Assembly (NCBI RefSeq): GCF_004010195.1
Contig: NC_057718.1
Coordinates: 21,309,612-21,362,302 of the forward strand
Reading direction: 5' to 3'
DNA length: 52,691 nucleotides
DNA from: Chiloscyllium plagiosum
Lineage: Eukaryota
Below, piece after piece: positions 11,825-23,829 of the stretch; position 1 is the first letter of the stretch, and every line of letters starts with the position of its first letter. The position numbers and the translations under genes are program-made. The notes below the pieces were generated by a model. The model was not told the origin of the DNA. It did not search any database and worked only from the letters and a program-made list of their open reading frames with translations.

Positions 11825-12110
11825 ATGCTGGTAGGCCATTTCAGAGAGCAAGTATGAGTCAATCATGTTGCAATGGGTCTGAAGTGACATATGGCCCAAA
11901 CCAAGGAAGGATGGCAGAGCTCTTTCCCTAAAGAACATTAGTGATAATTGATAATGGTCATCATTTGATTTTCTTTTTAATTCCAGTTTGTTTATTGAGT
12001 TCACATTTCACCATTTGTTGTCATGGGATTCAAATTCAAGTCCTCAGAGTATTAGCCTGGGGTTCTGGATTACTATTTCAGAACCAAAATACTGTGCTGT
12101 CACCACCACC
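11825..12110 (-). mobile_element. tRNA-derived SINE-like head and body contiguous with the LINE endonuclease
   Basis: Minus strand ggtggtgacagcacagtattttgg...tagtaatccagaaccccaggctaatactctgaggacttgaatttgaatccc (decayed A and B boxes), then tttagggaaagagctctgccatccttccttgg. Confidence 0.65.
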
Positions 12111-12212
12111 CACTTTTAGATATGATTTGGAGATTCCAGTGTTGGACTGGGGTGTACAAAGTTAAAAATCACACAACACCAGGTTATAGTCCAACAGGTT
12201 TAATTGGAAGCA

Positions 12213-12247
12213 CACGAGCTTTCGGAGCGATGCTCCTTCATCAAGTG
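12213..12247 (-). ncRNA. Hammerhead motif (C3U variant)
   Basis: CAC-UUGAUGA-A-GGAGC-AUC-GCUCC-GAAA-GCUC-GUG. Confidence 0.7.
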
Positions 12248-12252
12248 ACTAT

Positions 12253-12287
12253 CACCTGATGAAGGAGCATCGCTCCTAAAGCTAGTG
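12253..12287 (+). ncRNA. Hammerhead motif (G12U, probably inactive)
   Basis: CAC-CUGAUGA-A-GGAGC-AUC-GCUCC-UAAA-GCUA-GUG. Confidence 0.7.
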
Positions 12288-14439
12288 TGCTTCCAATTAA
12301 ACTTGTTGGACTATAACCTGGTGTTGTGTGATTTTTTAAACTTTGTACACTTTTAGATAAGCAGTTAATAATTTTGAAGCCACTACAAAATGCATAAATC
12401 TATGCTATTAACTCAAATTATAATTTGTCAACAGAAGAAAACTGAAATACGACAAAATATATAAAATTTAAATTGGGGATTATGCAGCAAAATGTTAATA
12501 ATCTAATTTTCAGAAAATACACAATTACTTTGAATTTTAGGGGTGCCAGTATGAAGATGCACCACAAAAGTGAACAAACATTTATTAAGCATTTTACATT
12601 TCCTATTTCTTGTTTTATAGCATGTTTTTTGTGTGCGCACAATTGAACAAAAAATATTTTGATGTCTGCATCTTCTGCTTTTCTAAGAACTTTTAGATCT
12701 ATTTTGTCAAGACAGAGGCTTGATGTTAGGTGATAAACCATGGGTATTCTGGTGATCCTCAACTGAGGAATAAACTTATCATAAAAACGTACAGTGTCAC
12801 AAACACTTGAAAATTTAGCCTAATTTACGATGATCTTAATAAAAATATTGCTATAATTTGAACTACATCCATTGATCTATAGTCAAATTGACTGTTGTTA
12901 GTCCAGTATATTTTGTAAATCGGAATGCAATTATTCCAAAAAATAATACAATGATCTTAATTCTGTCCTTTTATAATACAAAGGAATTTCCATAAAGACT
13001 GCACCTCCCAATGCAACTCTAACAATAACTGGAAATGAGCTTCATCATCCTGCTTGGACCAGGCTCTAATACAGTCATGACTTTCATGACCTCAAGGTCT
13101 TTCAGCATATCAGCGTTGAACATTTGTATTCATACACCCAGCAAGAAAATCGGAGGATACAGAAATGGAATATTTACTCAAATCCAATCTGTTAACTTGC
13201 TGAAATAGTCTTTATATCTTGGAAATCACAATCACAGCAATTTATAATGATTAAAAAACCATTGACTAGGACATGGTCTTTGTAAATAGGAATAATCTTC
13301 TCCCTGACACAGAAATACAAATAAGGAAAAATGGCAAGAGAAAACTGAGCAGGAACATAAGGTGACAACGTTGTTTACAGTGCCTTAGATGAAAACCATA
13401 TCAACAGTGTCTGGAACATTTACAATGACAACCATATATTGTAAACTTTGATCTATGGAAAAAAAAATAAAGAAAGGTATCTTCCTCAGTTTGTTTAAAT
13501 TTATATGCTTTCTGAAGGCATTATGCATTGAGAAGGAGGAATACAAAGTATTTGAAGAATTATTCACAAAATATTGATACGATTGGAGTGAACAACGAGC
13601 AGTCACAAACATTAAATAGAAGAAAACTACACTGAAAATGCAAGGTGGCACAGGGCTTGGAAAAAATTTAAAATTGTAAAAAATGACATTTTCTGCGCAC
13701 GGTCAGTGATCCATGATGTGTTTCATACAACTATGTATTATCACATCTGGTTTTCATTTGACAGTAAGATTCTGTTGTCGAGTACACATAAAACAGCACA
13801 GGTTTCCTTTTGTGCAATATAACAGAAGTTAACTGGTAACTCAAGACAGGAAATCAGGAGCATAGACATTTCATACTTTCCTTTTAAATTAAGGGGAAAA
13901 CCCTATTAGAAGGGTTACATAACAGATTAGCTTTGGCTCAACTACGCAGCCCTACTGTTCAGGGAGCTCTGTACACATGTTGCAGGCATCCATTGAATTC
14001 TGTTCACAGTTTTTTTAAATGGCGGAAGGGAAAGCAAGTGTCAGTATTCCCTAGCAGATAGTGTTATGAGAAAATTAAAAACTCAAAAACAACCTGATAA
14101 ACTAAGTAGTTGCCTAAGCACATTTTAATGAGCTCCACTCTTTAAGAAACCTTGTTTTATGTGCAAGTCACTGTACAGTATTATGAAATGGCATTCCTGG
14201 AGATGTCTTTTCACTATAATTCCACTGCTGTAGTACTACAGACATATGCACTGTAACTAGCCATGCTATTCCAGGTCCGGCAGTGGTAGCGAACCAAATG
14301 ATGATTTTGTACAAAATCTCAACAGGTCTCTTTTATCAGAAAAAACTTAGTTAGCAATCACCTTTCTTAATCAATGACACAATAACTCATCAACAGCTAT
14401 ATCTAGGTAAAACTTCAGGCACTGATATTTATTTCAGAA

Positions 14440-15230
14440 ACAAAAGTAGATGACCAGTAATCTCAAGATCAATCATCTCAGCTCCAGGTCATTACAGTAA
14501 GAGTGTTGAGAAGTGCACTTATTCCAGTTAGCTTCAGAATGCTTCGTTAATGGTTTCCCCTCAAGCACAAAGGAAGAAATGGGGATTTTCATTACTAATT
14601 AGCCAGTGTTCAGTTACATCCATAAATTCTCCAATAATGAAATATTTTTAAAAAAGTCTCGACCTGAAGTGTTATCTCCATTTGTCTCTCCATGATGCTA
14701 TGTCGGAGTATTTCTAGAATTTCCTGTTTTTCTTTTTGATTGCCAGCACCTGCAATATTTTGTTTTACCAACAATAAAGCAGCCTATTGCTAAAACATCA
14801 GACCTGGAGAATATAGAGATTTGGGTTGACAAAAAACATGTTGGTGCTGCTAAATCACTGGGTTATGACCACCTCCAAGGAAGAATGGCAGTGTCTTTTT
14901 GGAAGTTACCATAAACTTAACTAAACATGGTATGGCAATAATGTATCTTTAATAGCAGGACAAATGCCTCAACACTTATAAACAAAGCAGTATATGTCCC
15001 AGCTTTAAAATCAAATGTGCAACAAAGTACTAACTCGACAAATGCAACTACTTCACTTCAATACCAATTAGAATACAGCTGTCTACTTGATTAACATCTT
15101 TCCTGTATACGACATTCATCTATTCCACCACGAACTCATTGTCACATGTGACATCTACAAGTTGTAGATCAATAACTTACCAAGCTAATTTCAGCAACAC
15201 CAGAGTTTGAAGATCCAAGTAACCTCCCAA
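14440..15230 (+). mobile_element. Very old CR1/L2-group LINE RT remnant, with a PLE-derived remnant at about 14655-14770
   Basis: catctcagctccaggtcattacag and cagacctggagaatatagag align with 23540-23760. The insert gtctcgacctgaagtgtta...ccagcacctgcaatattttg resembles pLTR ends. Confidence 0.55.
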
Positions 15231-15339
15231 AACAAAGCTCTATCAAAATATACTTCCCTAAATTTTGGAAGGCAAATGAACCAAAAGCTGTAGAACAAAT
15301 TATCCAATTATGAGCCACACAGACAGCTTTATACCTCTG

Positions 15340-15570
15340 TCCCCCACCTGTTTCAAACCTTTCCTAGTCATGTACTTGTCCAAATGTCTTTAAATGTTGG
15401 GACGCTACCTCCATCTATTACTTCTTCTGGCAGTTCATTGTGTGTGAAAAAGTTACCTCTCAGCTCCCTTTTAAATCTTTCTCCTCTCACCTTAAAAGTA
15501 TGTCCTCTAAGTTTAAAGTCCCCTACCCTGGGGAAAAGATTTTGGTGCTATTCACCTTATTTATGCCCCT
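15340..15570 (-). mobile_element. CR1 3' fragment
   Basis: catgtacttgtccaaatgtctttaaatgttg...ccctaccctggggaaaaga. Confidence 0.8.
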
Positions 15571-16174
15571 CATTTCTCCAGTAATTTCTGTTTTGGATTT
15601 TAAAAACCATCCCTGGTTCCATGAATGGAATAGACATCTTTTCAACATTAATGGATGTCCTGGATGAAGTGAAATTTGCTGACAGCTTTAGTGAAACACA
15701 ACAACATATTCTGCAAAGCAGGAGACCAAATAATCACTAAACCAATTAAGTAGCAACATTTAAAAATTTATAATTCCTACAATCTCAATTTAATGTCTAA
15801 AAAGCATAATGATCAGAAAAATACGAGTTTTACAATTACATAAAGCATAATATTCAAGAAATGATTACAAAATCATCCTGACTTTCCATTTTTAAACTTA
15901 TGCAATTTAGAGACAACAAAAATCAGCATTAATCACAGCTTAACTGCTCAACAGCTCTATTATTTTAAAAGCCTTTGGGCGTTGGGACTTGGAACACACA
16001 ACTGCAGAAATCTCCACTATGTTGGTATTTATCATATGCTGAAGCAGTTGTTCAAATAGTATTCGAAAGAATTTCGAATTAACACATATTTCCAATGTCA
16101 AGATTTGGATTTTTTTTCATAATTTCAAAAGAATCAGTCTGCTGCTAGGGGACAGTAAACTGGACATAACTTTT

Positions 16175-17292
16175 AGAACACAGAACATAGAAAAATACAG
16201 CACAGAACAGGCGCTTTGGCCCATGATGTTGTGACGAGGGTTAATCCTAATGTAAAATAAAATAACTTAAACTACTTAACCCTCAACTCACTGCTATCCA
16301 CGTGCATGTCCAGCAGTCGCTTAAATGACCCCAATGACTCTGCCTCCACCACCACCGCTGGCAACGCATTCCATGCATTCACAACTCTCTGCGTAAAGAA
16401 CCTACCTCTGACGTCCCCTCTATACCTTTCTCCTAATATCTTAAAACTATGAGCCCTCGTGCCAGTCAATCCTGCCCTGGGGAAAAGTCTCTGGCTATTG
16501 ACCCTATCCATGCCTCTCATTATCTTCTATACCTCGATCAGATTACCTCTCTTCATCCTTCTCTCCAGAGAGAAAAGTCCGAGCTTATTCACCTCTCTTC
16601 AAAAGGCAAGCCCTCCAGTCCAGGCAGCATCCTGGTAAACCTTCTTTGCACCCTCTCCAAAGCCACTGCATCTTTCCTATAGTAGGGCGACCAGAACTGG
16701 ACACAATATTCCAAGTGTGGTCTCACCAGGGACTAGTAGAGCTGTAGCAAAACCTCGCGGCTCTTAAACTGAATCCCCCTGTTAATGAAAGCCAAAATAC
16801 CATATGCTCTCTTTACAACCCTATCCACTTGGGTGGCAACTTTGAGGGATTATGTACTTGCACATCCAGATCCCTCTGTTCCTTGTCTTTAATCCTATAT
16901 TCAGCATGCGCATTCGACCTTCCAAAATGCATCGCTTTGCATCTATCTAGATTGATCTCCATCTGAATTTCTCAGCCCACCTCTGCATCCTGTCTATGTT
17001 GCACTGCAGCCTGCAATAGCCCTCGATACGATCAATGGCACCTCCAACCTTTGTGTCATCTGCAAATTTACTAACCCACCCCTCAACCTCCTCATCCAAG
17101 TCATTTATAAAAACGACAAAGAGCAGAGGCCCAAAGACAGAGCCCAGCAGGACCCCACTCAACACCGACCTCCAGGCAGAATACTTTCCATCTACAACCA
17201 CTCTCTGCCTTCTGTCAGCCAATCAATTCTGAATCCAGATAGCCAAATCTGCCTGTATCCCATACTTCCTGACTTTATGAATGAGCCTACCA
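16175..17292 (-). mobile_element. CR1 LINE, 5'-truncated
   Basis: RQRVVVDGKYSAW...GPLLFVVFINDLD...KFADDTK (RT catalytic motif), FFTQRVVNAWNALP and an agaacatagaa tail. Confidence 0.95.
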
Positions 17293-18269
17293 CTTATCCA
17301 ACTCTTCTGTACCTTAGAAACTCAATACAAAATATCAAAAATCACATCCTGGCAATGCTATAATAGCTTTGAATTCAACCAAAGATGATGTTAAAATTGC
17401 TGCATGAATCTTCCCTTCTCCCCCAGCAGACCACAATTTTCTCTTCAATATTCAGCACTTTAAATTTAAGGGAATAGGTTAAATTGATAATTGCACATGC
17501 ATTGGAAAGCTATTTAATAATAATATATTCACTATTTTTTGGTAGATGGGGAGAAACAAACTCACACATTCATACAATAACTCAAACTGGAATTTATTGC
17601 ACATTCCACCGCAACCCTCTGCCTGTATACCACCTTTAAAATACTCCATAAAAGCTATTTCTTTAGCCAAGCTTTTGGTCATACATGGATCAATGACAAA
17701 TTTTGTTAGGTGCTCTTATTCACCGTCATGGGATGTTTTCATTGCATTCAGACTATTATATAAACATGTTGCATTGTTCTTGTTAAAAACAGTGGACAGC
17801 AGAGGAATTAAACTTCAAAACATTGAAGCAATAAAACTAGTTTCACTATTTTCAAGTGTTTGTAAAGATTCTGAAAAAAGCAGCAGATTGAAGCACAAGA
17901 TTCAGCTGTCAGTAGATGAACACAATACATGTGACTTCATTCAGGAACTCCATTATTGAAGTTACAGTAGATGTCACAAATGCCACAGACATTTTAAAAT
18001 TCATGGAACTTAAGCAGCTTTGAGGGTTCTTGGCAAACAAATATTGCAGTAAGCTTTTAATGAATATAAATCCTGAAAAAATAGTAGTCCATTTACTTAC
18101 TAAAATTCATAAGAAATCACAAATGAAGTAAAAACACTAATAAGCACGAGTTTACTTACAAATGATTCATTCAAAGGAATCTACCTCTTCTCTCTCCCTT
18201 TCAATCAGTTTCCAGGACATGTGATCAGGGACTGCATTGTTAACAAAAATAAAGTGTGCACAGTATTGG

Positions 18270-18750
18270 GGGAAACTATTGGTTTGAATGTGGAATTGGC
18301 TAAAAAAAGGTAGGTAATATACAGATATACATCCAATCTGTCAACGTGTGAAAGGGATTTGGGCTCTCCACATTTCAATATATTTATAAAAAGAACCCTA
18401 GATGAAGGAACAGAGACCCTCTTATTTGGGTTTATTGTCCAATCCAAGAAATAGACAGCAATTGAAAATTGCAGAGAAACACTGACAGATCATGTGAAAG
18501 GTTAAACTGTGGCAGACAAAGTTCAATCTAGGAATGATTGAGGTTATCCACTTTAGATAAAAGAAGGATCTATCCAGATATGATGGGCAAATAGGGACTG
18601 GATGAGCAAGGGGTTATGGGATCAAAGCAGATGGATGGAATTAAAATGCAGATCAGCCATTGACTAATTGAATGGTGGGGAAAAAAATCAAGATTATTGA
18701 CAGTACTACTCCTGTTCCTAGGTTTCATCGATTCCACCAGAATTCTATGT
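18270..18750 (+). mobile_element. Old CR1 fragments
   Basis: gtggcagacaaagttcaatcta...gaggttatccacttt and 3'UTR cagatcagccattgactaattgaatggtgg...tactcctgttccta. Confidence 0.65.
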
Positions 18751-19846
18751 AGAACTGAACAACTTGGCAATACAAATGCAGTACACATTATTCAAGGAGG
18801 TGGGATGAGGAAGGAGAGGGATGTGACAAAGTTAAAGGACAAGAATAAAGGACTAATTGATGGATGGAAAAGAATTAAGAAAATTTCAGAAAGATCTGGA
18901 GTAATGATGAGGATATCAGTTGGAGAAAACCATGAAATAATTAACGAAATGTCTGTTATACTACATTGGTCCCAGCTTACAAATTTTACTTTTCTGATTA
19001 ATTTTTGCCAGCATTATTTTGAGAATCTCAACAGCATTTCTCCAGAAGCAGTGAGGATGGTACAATTCTGACTTCATTTTCACTTTCTTTTTTAAATGTT
19101 CCATTTAATTTTACGTTTCTTTGTTCCTATCCTCCTACTATGAAAAATAACCCAAATACAGGAAAAAAAAACATTAACTTCCCATTCCACTAAGTGACCC
19201 ATCCCCTTCAGACCTTTCCTGTCAAACAAACAGTTGGCAAACAGTTATCGTGTGGCAGCTGGCTTAATGCACTATAAACGTGAAGTAGGCCCACTAGCTC
19301 AGAGTTGATCTCATAAGAATAAATGATTAGTATTATTTCCTGCTTCAGCCAAATTAATTGGTTTCAGCTGACTAATGTTACGCAATACATTATTATCCTA
19401 TACATCCCATGCAAGGAATTCCTTGGCTTTGTTTTGGAACCACCACCAAATCATCAATAAAATAGGATACTTACTTCATCGGAATTAGTGAAAACTCCAT
19501 ACTTTTAACATCAGCTTCTGTGTTCTATCGATATTCTCTCAATAAATACAGAATGGCAAATTATTTTGTCGACACAAATGTCTCAAGACTTTATTTACAG
19601 CAGTATTGACATTGTTAAGATCTACTTCAAGACACTCAATGCAATACTAAATTGCACATTGCTTCCCTGACTAGCTAACTTCTGTCAGAAGTATTTCACA
19701 AAGTATACTGAAAGAATTTAGGCTATTTATGAACATGGTAAAAACAATGACTGCAGATGCTGGAAACCAGATTCTGGGTTAGTGGTGCTGGAAGAGCACA
19801 GCAGTTCAGGCAGCATCCGAGGACAGGCAAAATCCGAGGACAGGCA

Positions 19847-19883
19847 AAATCGACGTCTCGGGCAAAAGCCCTTCATCAGGAAT
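19847..19883 (-). ncRNA. Hammerhead motif in the pLTR (GAAA>GAGA)
   Basis: CUGAUGA-A-GGGC-UUUU-GCCC-GAGA-CGUC. A 17-bp tandem duplication lies beside it (19815-19848). Confidence 0.7.
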
Positions 19884-19966
19884 AAAGGCAGAGAGCCTGA
19901 AGCATGGAGAGATAAGCTAGAGGAGGGTGGGGGTGGGGAGAGAGTAGCATAGAGTACAATAGGTCA

Positions 19967-20400
19967 NNNNNNNNNNNNNNNNNNNNNNNNNNNNNNNNNN
20001 NNNNNNNNNNNNNNNNNNNNNNNNNNNNNNNNNNNNNNNNNNNNNNNNNNNNNNNNNNNNNNNNNNNNNNNNNNNNNNNNNNNNNNNNNNNNNNNNNNNN
20101 NNNNNNNNNNNNNNNNNNNNNNNNNNNNNNNNNNNNNNNNNNNNNNNNNNNNNNNNNNNNNNNNNNNNNNNNNNNNNNNNNNNNNNNNNNNNNNNNNNNN
20201 NNNNNNNNNNNNNNNNNNNNNNNNNNNNNNNNNNNNNNNNNNNNNNNNNNNNNNNNNNNNNNNNNNNNNNNNNNNNNNNNNNNNNNNNNNNNNNNNNNNN
20301 NNNNNNNNNNNNNNNNNNNNNNNNNNNNNNNNNNNNNNNNNNNNNNNNNNNNNNNNNNNNNNNNNNNNNNNNNNNNNNNNNNNNNNNNNNNNNNNNNNNN
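19967..20400. other. Assembly gap (434 N)
   Basis: Run of N inside the PLE, where the GIY-YIG domain would be expected. Confidence 1.
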
Positions 20401-20830
20401 GGAAATGTTGGCGGATGATTTGGTTTATGCGAAGGTTGGTAGGGTGGAAGGTGAGCACGAGGGGCGTTCTGTCCTTGTTGCGGTTGGAGGGGTTGGGTCT
20501 GAGGGCGGAGGTGTGGGATGTGGATGAGATGCGTTGGAGGGCATCTTTAACCACGTGGGAAGGGAAATTGCGGTCTCTGAAGAAGGAGGCCATCTGGTGT
20601 GTTCTATGGTGGAACCGCTCCTCCTGGGAGCAGATACGGCGGAGGCGGAGGAATTGGGGATACGGGATGGCATTTTTGCAAGAGGTAGGGTGGGAAGAGG
20701 TGTAATCCAGGTAGCTGTGGGAGTTGGTGGGTTTGTAGAAAATGTCAGTGTCAAGTCGGTCGTCACTGATGGAGATGGAGAGGTCCAGGAAGGGGAGGGA
20801 GGTGTCAGAGATGGTCCAGGTAAATTTAAG
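20401..20830 (-). CDS. PLE reverse transcriptase C-terminal part, thumb and linker (fragment)
   Basis: LKFTWTISDTSLPFLDLSISISDDRLDTDIFYKPTNSHSYLDYTSSHPTSCKNAIPYPQFLRLRRICS...PLVLTFHP. FLD, YxKPT, SxHP and RxRRICS are PLE RT motifs. No stop up to the gap. Confidence 0.9.
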
Positions 20831-21853
20831 GCCTATTTATGAACATGACCAATTCTAGGTCATCCAAAAAGGATATGCAATCTATAACAAAAATTTGCCA
20901 TGTATTATGTCCCATTTGTAATTCTCTCACAGTCCTATATTATCACATGCATTTCATTGCATTCACACTATATATTAATACTCCAAAAACTGTATCTGTT
21001 CAGATCTAAACCACCTGATACCAATTTAAACTTAAGAAAGCAAATACAGCACTCAACTAATTTTGAAGGATTTTTTTTCTAATTCCCTCCTCCAGTCAAA
21101 TACAGACGCAGGTTGCATTATAACCCTGTGCCAATGCCATCGTTACAACTTGAACATGGTTTAATTTGACTTTTTAGGTGTATCTTTACTCACAAATGTC
21201 AAATTGATTCTCGCTATTTAGAGTGCATCCACCACATTTGTCTTGATAAATTTGGAAAAAGTCTTTTACAGGACTATTTAGATCAAAATTTAGCAAAATA
21301 TATAATAGGCATGAACAGAGATTACAACCTTTTTCTATTACATGAATGTTTTACTTCATTGGTAAGTGACTCACACAATGAATGCAAAGTTGGTGCAAAG
21401 TGGTTTGGCTTCACATTGATGGTAAACTTATATAAATACCGTTCCAAAAATCTAATTAGAATCCAAAGGTAAGCAAGACTCCTTTCTTCATTTACTCAGG
21501 TTTACTGCAGGATCAATTCAGATTCTAGTCCATTTGATAGCTATATTTTTACAATTGCAGTGCAATAGCACTGATCTGGCAAATGCAGTGTATACACATT
21601 TTAAGTTGCTAACTAAAGTCTAGTGCACTTATTCATTCCATGAGCATATTTTCACATGACCCAATTTCACTTATCATTATTACTGGTCACTCGAGTCATA
21701 TTTTAAATGAATGGAAGGGTAAATAAATGGGTTTCAAATGAATGAATAGAAAAGCAAGGAGTGAAATACTCGAAGGAAAACATAAAAGTTCTTTCTCTCA
21801 TATTAATTTTTCTTTGCAAAAATGCTTTTCTTTCCATTGAAAGGTGTTTTTTT

Positions 21854-22160
21854 TAGATTAGATTAGATTACTTACAGTGTGGAAGCAGGCCCTTCGGCCC
21901 AACAAATCCACACCGACCCCACTGAAGCTCAACCCACCCACACCCATTCCCCTTCGCCTAACACTACGGGCAATTTAGCATGGCCAATTCACTAACCTGC
22001 TCATCTTTGGACTGTGGGAGGAAACCGGAGCACCCAGAGGAAACCCACATAGACACGGGGAGAATGTGCAAACTCCACACAGTCAGTCGCCTGAGGCGGG
22101 AATTGAACCCGGGTCTCTGGCGCTGTGAGGCAGCAGCGCTAACCACTGTGCCACCATGCC
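21854..22160 (-). mobile_element. HE1/V-SINE, young
   Basis: Near reverse complement of 30649-30960, with a (TAATC)n tail. Confidence 0.95.
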
Positions 22161-22929
22161 AAGGAACAAAGGTAAACAACTAAGTGGTGCAGTTGGTTCA
22201 AAACCTGTCTCTATGCTTAGAGTAAAGCCTCCACTATACAAATGAATCAAGACAGCCTCAATTCAATTCCTGACAGGATGATGCCAGAGGAGCTATCTGC
22301 GTCTGATGGTGCAATGTGAAACCTGGGCAATTCCGAAAGCAACACACACACACCTGCAATTCGGTACATTAATATAGTAACCTGCCAGAGTGTCAGCATC
22401 AGATAGTACCAGATTATAATCAAGTAGCTGCTCAGCACTATAACTGCAGTCTTCACATATCTTTCATCTACTTATGAAGTATCCCTCATTTCTGGTACTC
22501 CACAAACAACTGGAATACCACAGCTTCAGCAGCATGACACAAAATAAGTGGTTCCATTGGAAATCTCATGGTTCACAACATCTAAAACCAGTTCAGAATT
22601 AGTTCCTTCCACACCATGAAAGTTGAGCAGCTGCCAGTAACACACCAGTTCACATAATGGCAGCCTAAGCAAGGGCTACATTGACACAAGCCTTCTTTTT
22701 ATTATGCATTGCACCCTGCAGTACTCATATCATGTGTTCTACATTTAGTTTATTTGTATTACATGAAGATCACAATACAGGTAATCTTATTTGCTCCTGT
22801 TAGCTATTAGTTACAAAAGAGTTTATTCCTGGGTATCTAGTACTCAGATATGAATTATAAGTTTGACTTAGGCATTTTTAATCAGGTAGGACTTCAACCT
22901 ATACCTTCTAGCAGAGAGATGTGGACATT

Positions 22930-23125
22930 ACCATAAAAGCAAAATACTAAGGATACAGTAAATCTGAAAGAACTACAAATGCTGGAGAATCTCAGCATTT
23001 GCAGAGAGAGAATCAGAACAGGATCTGAAGAAGAGTTACATCAGACTCAAAACAACAACACAGTTTCTCTCTCGAAAGATGCTGCCTGATCTGCTGCATT
23101 TCTCCAACATTTTGTGTGTCTGTTG
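22930..23125. mobile_element. Old palindromic PLE-derived remnant
   Basis: aaatgctggagaatctcagcatttgcagagagag, then ctgaagaagagttacatcagactcaaaac, then the inverted arm tttctctctc...gatgctgcctgatctgctgcatttctccaacatttt. Confidence 0.65.
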
Positions 23126-23159
23126 TGGGGGCACTACTGTCCTTTGCTTAAGCAATGCT

Positions 23160-23829
23160 GAAAATTTCCCAGATATGTCCTGTACACATAAAGGACAAAT
23201 CCAACCCAGCCGACTGCTGCCCCAATTTACTTTTGTTCGCCAGTAAAATGATGGATAGAGTCATCAACATGCATGCTCAGCAATAACCTGCTCACAGACA
23301 CTCAGCTTGGGCTCCATCCATTACCATCAGCTCCTGACCTTATTACAGCCTTAGTTACACCTTGGACAACAAAACTGAATTCCAGAGACAAAGTGACAGT
23401 CAGTAACTTATTGGACAACAAGGCTGCATCGAGTGTGGTATAAAGAAGCCCTAGCAAAGCTAGGGTCAATGGGAATTGGGAAAATTCTCTGCTGGATAGA
23501 TCCAAGCCTGGCACAAAAGCCATGGTTATTGGAGGTCAGGCATTTAAGCTCCAGGACACCTCTGCAGGGGTTTCTCAGGGGAGTGTCTGAGGTCCAACCA
23601 TCTTCAGTTGCTTCATCAATGACATCTTCTCCAATGTAAGGACAAAAGTGAGAATTTTGCTGATGATTGCACAATATTCAGCACCAGCCACAACTCAAAT
23701 ACTGAAGTAGTCCATGTCCAAATGCAGCAAGACTTGGACAATATCCAGGTTTGAGCTGACAAGTTGCAAGTAATACACCACACAAGTGCCAGGCAATGAC
23801 CATCTCAAGACTGAGTTTAACCATCATTC
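23160..23829 (+). mobile_element. Old CR1/L2-group LINE RT (5' part, host of the CR1 insertion)
   Basis: aaatccaacccagcc (KSNPA), ggggtttctcaggggagtgtc (GVxQGSV) and tttgctgatgattgc (FADDC). Confidence 0.85.

Larger units (their letters stand above)
12123..12350. mobile_element. Near-perfect palindromic Penelope-derived mini-element
   Basis: Arms 12152-12248 and 12252-12350 with a 3-nt loop. TSD cacttttagata at 12111-12122 and 12348-12359. Confidence 0.9.
19738..20832 (-). mobile_element. Penelope-like element (Neptune-type RT), 5'-truncated, gapped
   Basis: Open minus-strand RT frame 20830-20401. pLTR end gtaaaaacaatgactgcagatgctgg. 15-bp TSD ctatttatgaacatg at 19723-19737 and 20833-20847. 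Confidence 0.93.

Noticed and set aside
14298..14426. Possible C/D snoRNA (ATGATGA ... CTGA)
   Set aside because: No terminal stem and no recognisable guide sequence.
17546..17959. 137-aa ORF in unique sequence
   Set aside because: No recognisable domain or splice context, and compatible with a chance ORF.
19475..19530. Strong minus-strand donor gaa|gtaagta
   Set aside because: No convincing polypyrimidine acceptor upstream.
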